From an uncultured bacterium (lineage in GTDB: Bacteria; Patescibacteriota; Minisyncoccia; Phycocordibacterales; PALSA-1337), in NCBI GenBank assembly GCA_903839725.1, contig CAIMDG010000002.1:65078-129077 (forward strand): a stretch of 64,000 bases of DNA, read 5' to 3'. Shown here one piece after another: positions 60,153 through 64,000 of this stretch. A program made the translations under genes and the position numbers. Below the pieces are notes generated by a model. It was not told where the DNA came from. It did no database searches and was given only the letters and a program-made list of their open reading frames with translations. Position 1 is the stretch's first letter. Every line of letters starts with the position of its first letter.

Positions 60153-62492
60153 ATGAATATGTCTCCAGATATACGCGTTTCAGAATATTTCAGGCTCACG
60201 CCGATACAAAAAGACGCACTCAGAAAAATGCGTATCTCAACAGTTCATGACCTTCTCTACCATTTCCCTGTGCGTTATGGTGATACCGCCGAAACACAAA
60301 GTATCGACTCTCTCAAAAAAGGTGATACTGCCGTAATCTTCGGCAAAATTTCCGGCCTCAAAGCAAGTAAGGGATTCAAAACTAAAATGACCATGGCATC
60401 TGCCACTATCGAAGACGAAAGTGGTCGCATCCAAGCCGTCTGGTTCAATCAACCCTACATCGCCAAAATGACCCCCGAAGGAGCGTACGTCCGAATCGAG
60501 GGTAAGATAAGTCAGAGAAGAAGCAAACCTGTTAAACCTGCAGATGAGGTGAATCGTCCCCAAGAGATGATTGAAACCGACACTGCGCAGCGCGACGGCG
60601 CGAGCATAGCGCAAAGCCAGCAGGCTTTGACGCGCGTCGGTGGCAATCATTCTCTTGGGGACGATTCAAATAATCTCTACTTTTCTAACCCGAAGATCGA
60701 AGTCGTCGATAAATTACCCATCGGCGTCGGTGATTCCCTCTTCGGAGACCAATCAGAAGTTCATACCATGTACCCCGTGTATTCTGAGTCACGAGGTATC
60801 ACTTCTATTTGGATCTATCACGCCATTCAAAAACTTTTTAAATCAGGAGTTCTCGACACTATTCCTGAATGTATACCCGAACACATTCTCGAAAAATATC
60901 ATTTGCCTGGAATAAAAACGGCACTCATATGGATACACACTCCACTCAAAAATGATGATGCACTTTCTGCACGCAAACGTTTTTCATTTGATGAAATATT
61001 CACCATTCAACTCGGCAAGCAACAAGCGCGTAGAGCGTACGAGAAACATCCATCATTCAAGATCGACATTGAAATGAAACATGTCCATGAATTCGTGCGC
61101 CGTTTTCCATTCACGGCGACTGAAGCACAAACTCATGCAATCGAAGCGATCGTACACGATATGCAACGTGGTCAAGCAATGTCACGACTCCTCGAAGGTG
61201 ATGTAGGTTCAGGTAAAACAGCGGTTGCTGCCGCAGCAGCGTATGCAGTCATGACTTCAAAAGGAATCTTGTCTGAAAACCAAAATCAAGTGACTCACCT
61301 ACCACCTTCCACTCTGTTACAAATCGCATACATGTGCCCTACCGAAATTCTCGCAACGCAACACTTCGAATCATTTATCCAATATTTTTCATACATGCCT
61401 ATCCAGATCGGTCTCATCACCGGTTCAGGGTGTCGAAAATTCCCGTCAAAAATAAATCCAAAAGGTTGGACGGATATATCTCGTACACAATTATTAAAAT
61501 GGGTTGAAAATGGCGAGATCAATGTTCTTATCGGCACACACGCACTCATTCAATCATCAGTCGTATTCAAAAATATGGCGCTCGCCATCATCGATGAACA
61601 ACATCGCTTTGGAACTGCACAACGTAGAAAACTCATTCGTAAAGATTCGATTGCGCCACATTTACTCTCGATGACCGCAACTCCTATTCCTCGCACACTT
61701 GCACTCACTATGTATGGTGACCTCGATCTCACCCTTCTCGACCAAAGTCCTGCAGGTCGAAAACCCATCATCACCGAGCTCGTCATTCCTGCAAAACGAG
61801 ATGAAATGTACGCAAAAATACGCCATGAATTGGAAGCTGGTCGTCAACTCTACGTCATCTGTCCACGTATCAATGAGCCTGATCCTGATAAAGAAGCAGC
61901 TATCATTGCCAAGTCGGTCAAGGAAGAAGCCAAGCGTCTCAAAAGCCTCATCTTCCCTCAATATGAGATCGGCGTGCTTCATAGCAAAATGAAACCTGCT
62001 GAAAAAGATGCTGTTATGGCAGAGTTCAAGAATGGAACAATAGATATTCTTTGCGCAACATCAGTGGTTGAAGTTGGCGTGAATGTTCCTAATGCTACAG
62101 TCATTATTATTGAAGGAGCAGAACGATTTGGTCTTGCACAACTCCATCAGCTTCGTGGTCGTGTTCAGAGAAGTAGTCACCAAGCTTACTGCTATGCTTT
62201 CACTGAAACAACATCACAAAAATCTATTGATCGTTTGAAGTCATTACAAACTGCCAAGAATGGTTTCGAGCTCGCTGAGCTCGATCTGTCCGCACGTGGT
62301 GCAGGAGAATTGTCTGGCACGCGACAATGGGGAGTATCCGACATTGCTATGGAAGCATTACAAAATCTCAAAATGGTTGAAGCGGCTCGAACTGAAGCAA
62401 CACAACTGATAGATGAAGATCCTACATTGAAAAAATACCCACTTTTGAAACAAGCGGTTGAAGCACATAAGGTAACGAGTCATTTTGAATAA
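60153..62492 (+). CDS. recG: ATP-dependent DNA helicase RecG
   Basis: Wedge domain, Walker A 'DVGSGKT', 'DEQHRFG', 'TATPIPRTL' and 'QLRGRVQR'. Confidence 0.9.
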   Translation: MNMSPDIRVSEYFRLTPIQKDALRKMRISTVHDLLYHFPVRYGDTAETQSIDSLKKGDTAVIFGKISGLKASKGFKTKMTMASATIEDESGRIQAVWFNQPYIAKMTPEGAYVRIEGKISQRRSKPVKPADEVNRPQEMIETDTAQRDGASIAQSQQALTRVGGNHSLGDDSNNLYFSNPKIEVVDKLPIGVGDSLFGDQSEVHTMYPVYSESRGITSIWIYHAIQKLFKSGVLDTIPECIPEHILEKYHLPGIKTALIWIHTPLKNDDALSARKRFSFDEIFTIQLGKQQARRAYEKHPSFKIDIEMKHVHEFVRRFPFTATEAQTHAIEAIVHDMQRGQAMSRLLEGDVGSGKTAVAAAAAYAVMTSKGILSENQNQVTHLPPSTLLQIAYMCPTEILATQHFESFIQYFSYMPIQIGLITGSGCRKFPSKINPKGWTDISRTQLLKWVENGEINVLIGTHALIQSSVVFKNMALAIIDEQHRFGTAQRRKLIRKDSIAPHLLSMTATPIPRTLALTMYGDLDLTLLDQSPAGRKPIITELVIPAKRDEMYAKIRHELEAGRQLYVICPRINEPDPDKEAAIIAKSVKEEAKRLKSLIFPQYEIGVLHSKMKPAEKDAVMAEFKNGTIDILCATSVVEVGVNVPNATVIIIEGAERFGLAQLHQLRGRVQRSSHQAYCYAFTETTSQKSIDRLKSLQTAKNGFELAELDLSARGAGELSGTRQWGVSDIAMEALQNLKMVEAARTEATQLIDEDPTLKKYPLLKQAVEAHKVTSHFE

Positions 62493-62496
62493 TTGT

Positions 62497-62569
62497 GCAC
62501 GCGGAGGGACTCGAACCCCCGACCGATCGAGTATAAGTCGACTGCTCTACCAGCTGAGCTACGCGTGCA
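62497..62569 (-). tRNA. tRNA with apparent anticodon UAU (Ile, AUA-decoding)
   Basis: Acceptor GCACGCG/CGCGTGC, anticodon arm GTCGA-'CTTATAC'-TCGAT, T-loop 'TTCGAGT'. Confidence 0.65.
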
Positions 62570-62600
62570 TATAATTTCAAACAAAGTACTAACATAACAA

Positions 62601-63260
62601 CTATGTATGCATATCACGAATCATACGCAAACTTGCCCGAATAAACAAATACAAATCTTTCTTAAAGTAACGAACATTACACGTACCATGACCAAAGCCA
62701 TTCTTGTAAGTGAGATCGCTTAATTTTGAATCTTTAATATATGGCTTCTTAAAACAACTTTGTGGCACTTTCAAATACTTTGACCAAAACACTCTTTCAA
62801 CATCATAATCCATATCTTTATATAAATGAAGTACCACAGACACCTGATTATTTTTTACACCAAATTCATTGAGCCATCTTAAGAAAAACTTGAGGACATC
62901 AGGGTCAGTATTTGCAACTGCCACAGTACAAGGGGCCGATTTTGTTCCTTCGCCCCAATACAAATATAATCCAGCCAGTATTCTTTCTCTTCTCGATAGA
63001 GAACCGTATTGTTTTTTAACTTCTTCAAAAACAACATTTTCTTCAGCTATCCTTTTTCTTTTCATTGTCTCTCTAAACTTTTCAATGCGCTTAGGATTCT
63101 TACCACGCAATAATTGTATCTGATCATGAGAAAGTGGCATGCCACTAAGCCAATTACTCAATGTAGATTTACTCACATTAACTAATCTACGGATTTGATT
63201 GTAACTAAAACCTTTTCTACGTAATCCCACAACTTTTTCTCTTTCTTTAATTTTAGACAT
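62601..63260 (-). CDS. HTH-domain protein, possible degenerate LAGLIDADG-like endonuclease, adjacent to tRNA
   Basis: N-terminal HTH 'GLRRKGFSYNQIRRLVNVSKSTLSNWLSG'. 'ILAGLYLYWGEGTK' weakly resembles a LAGLIDADG motif. Assignment is speculative. Confidence 0.3.
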   Translation of the reverse strand: MSKIKEREKVVGLRRKGFSYNQIRRLVNVSKSTLSNWLSGMPLSHDQIQLLRGKNPKRIEKFRETMKRKRIAEENVVFEEVKKQYGSLSRRERILAGLYLYWGEGTKSAPCTVAVANTDPDVLKFFLRWLNEFGVKNNQVSVVLHLYKDMDYDVERVFWSKYLKVPQSCFKKPYIKDSKLSDLTYKNGFGHGTCNVRYFKKDLYLFIRASLRMIRDMHT

Positions 63261-63334
63261 GAACCAATAATATCATTATTCTTAAAACAATAACAATAGT
63301 TCTTTTTTGAACATGCCTTTCTTTTCGAAAATTT

Positions 63335-64000
63335 CTATTTCCCCAATATTTCCCCTTCTTTCTTTTTGAGCACTATTCCCTGTGCAACAATAATAGTTTC
63401 ATACTCTTCACGTTCAATAGTCTCTTTTTCAACCAATCTGCGCGTAACCAATTCAAAAGCTTTTTCATGCTGTGAGAGAACTTTTTCAGCAACACCACGG
63501 GCTTCTGTCATGATGCGAGATACTTCAGCATCGATCTCTGCTGCAACTTTCTCTGAATATTCACGGTCACCAACACCCTGACCGAACAATGTCTTGCCTG
63601 CAGAACTTTCGAGAGCGATCGGACCAATCTTTTCTGACATGCCGTATTGAGTAACCATACTACGCGCAAGTGCTGTGGCAACCTGAAGGTCATTTGAAGC
63701 ACCTGTTGTGAAATCGTCATACATCATGCGTTCAGCAACATACCCTCCAAGTGAAACGGCAATATCATCCAAGAATTCCTTACGTGACTGCAATTTACGA
63801 TCTTCGAGTGGCAATTTGAGTGTGTAACCTGCAGCACGACCGCGTGAAATGATAGAAATCTTGTGCACAGGATCTGCATGAGGAAGTACCGAAGCAACAA
63901 GCGCATGACCTGCTTCATGATATGCAGTGATCTCTTTTTCTTTTGCAGAAAGGATGTGACTACGACGTTCTGGGCCGAGCATGACTTTTTCGATTGAACG
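63335..64000 (-). CDS. ftsH: ATP-dependent zinc metalloprotease FtsH, C-terminal M41 peptidase part (gene continues past window end)
   Basis: 'HEAGHAL' zinc motif, 'TTGASNDLQVAT' and 'RKEFLDDIAVSLGG'. The ORF is open at the window edge. Confidence 0.85.
   Translation of the reverse strand, partial: RSIEKVMLGPERRSHILSAKEKEITAYHEAGHALVASVLPHADPVHKISIISRGRAAGYTLKLPLEDRKLQSRKEFLDDIAVSLGGYVAERMMYDDFTTGASNDLQVATALARSMVTQYGMSEKIGPIALESSAGKTLFGQGVGDREYSEKVAAEIDAEVSRIMTEARGVAEKVLSQHEKAFELVTRRLVEKETIEREEYETIIVAQGIVLKKKEGEILGK

Noticed and set aside
62601-63260. Confident call of a LAGLIDADG homing endonuclease
   Set aside because: Only one weak 'LAGL...GEG' segment matches and the catalytic acidic residues are not aligned. 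It is kept as a speculative note and not as a feature call.

Overview
This 64-kb window looks like a Candidate Phyla Radiation (Patescibacteria/Parcubacteria-type) bacterial chromosome segment: low GC (roughly 40%), small cell-maintenance genes, and Lys-rich N-terminal tails on CTP synthase and a pseudouridine synthase. Peptide chain release factor 2 (RF2) is present and ORFs are intact, so the standard genetic code (11) is assumed.

Most genes sit on the minus strand. Core housekeeping genes include tgt, LOG, gatCA, ligA, pyrG, prfB, ftsEX, tyrS, recG and a partial ftsH; there are also an ABC-F ATPase, a P-type ATPase, a ZIP transporter, a type II NADH dehydrogenase, three Nudix hydrolases and TspO. 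A complete type IV pilus / competence locus runs from about 39.8 to 53.5 kb: five or six prepilin-type proteins, prepilin peptidase, PilC, PilT, a CheY-like regulator, PilB, PilMNO-like proteins and ComF.

Nine tRNA genes are present. One tRNA-Thr(GGU) appears to be split in its anticodon loop by a putative 190-nt group I intron, with a free-standing HNH endonuclease starting 3 nt after its 3' end. A tRNA with apparent anticodon UAU and a Ser-like type II tRNA with apparent anticodon ACU are unusual.

The most unexpected content is non-coding. There are three unrelated families of long near-perfect palindromic intergenic elements, described in the findings, plus a REP-flanked IS200/RAYT-type Y1 transposase whose palindromic REP repeats are embedded in the pilin genes. 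Several single GC-rich genes (about 47-52% GC against a ~40% background, estimated by eye) carry their own strong terminators.

No rRNA, CRISPR array or prophage is evident. All protein calls rest on motifs read from the translations; no database search was possible.
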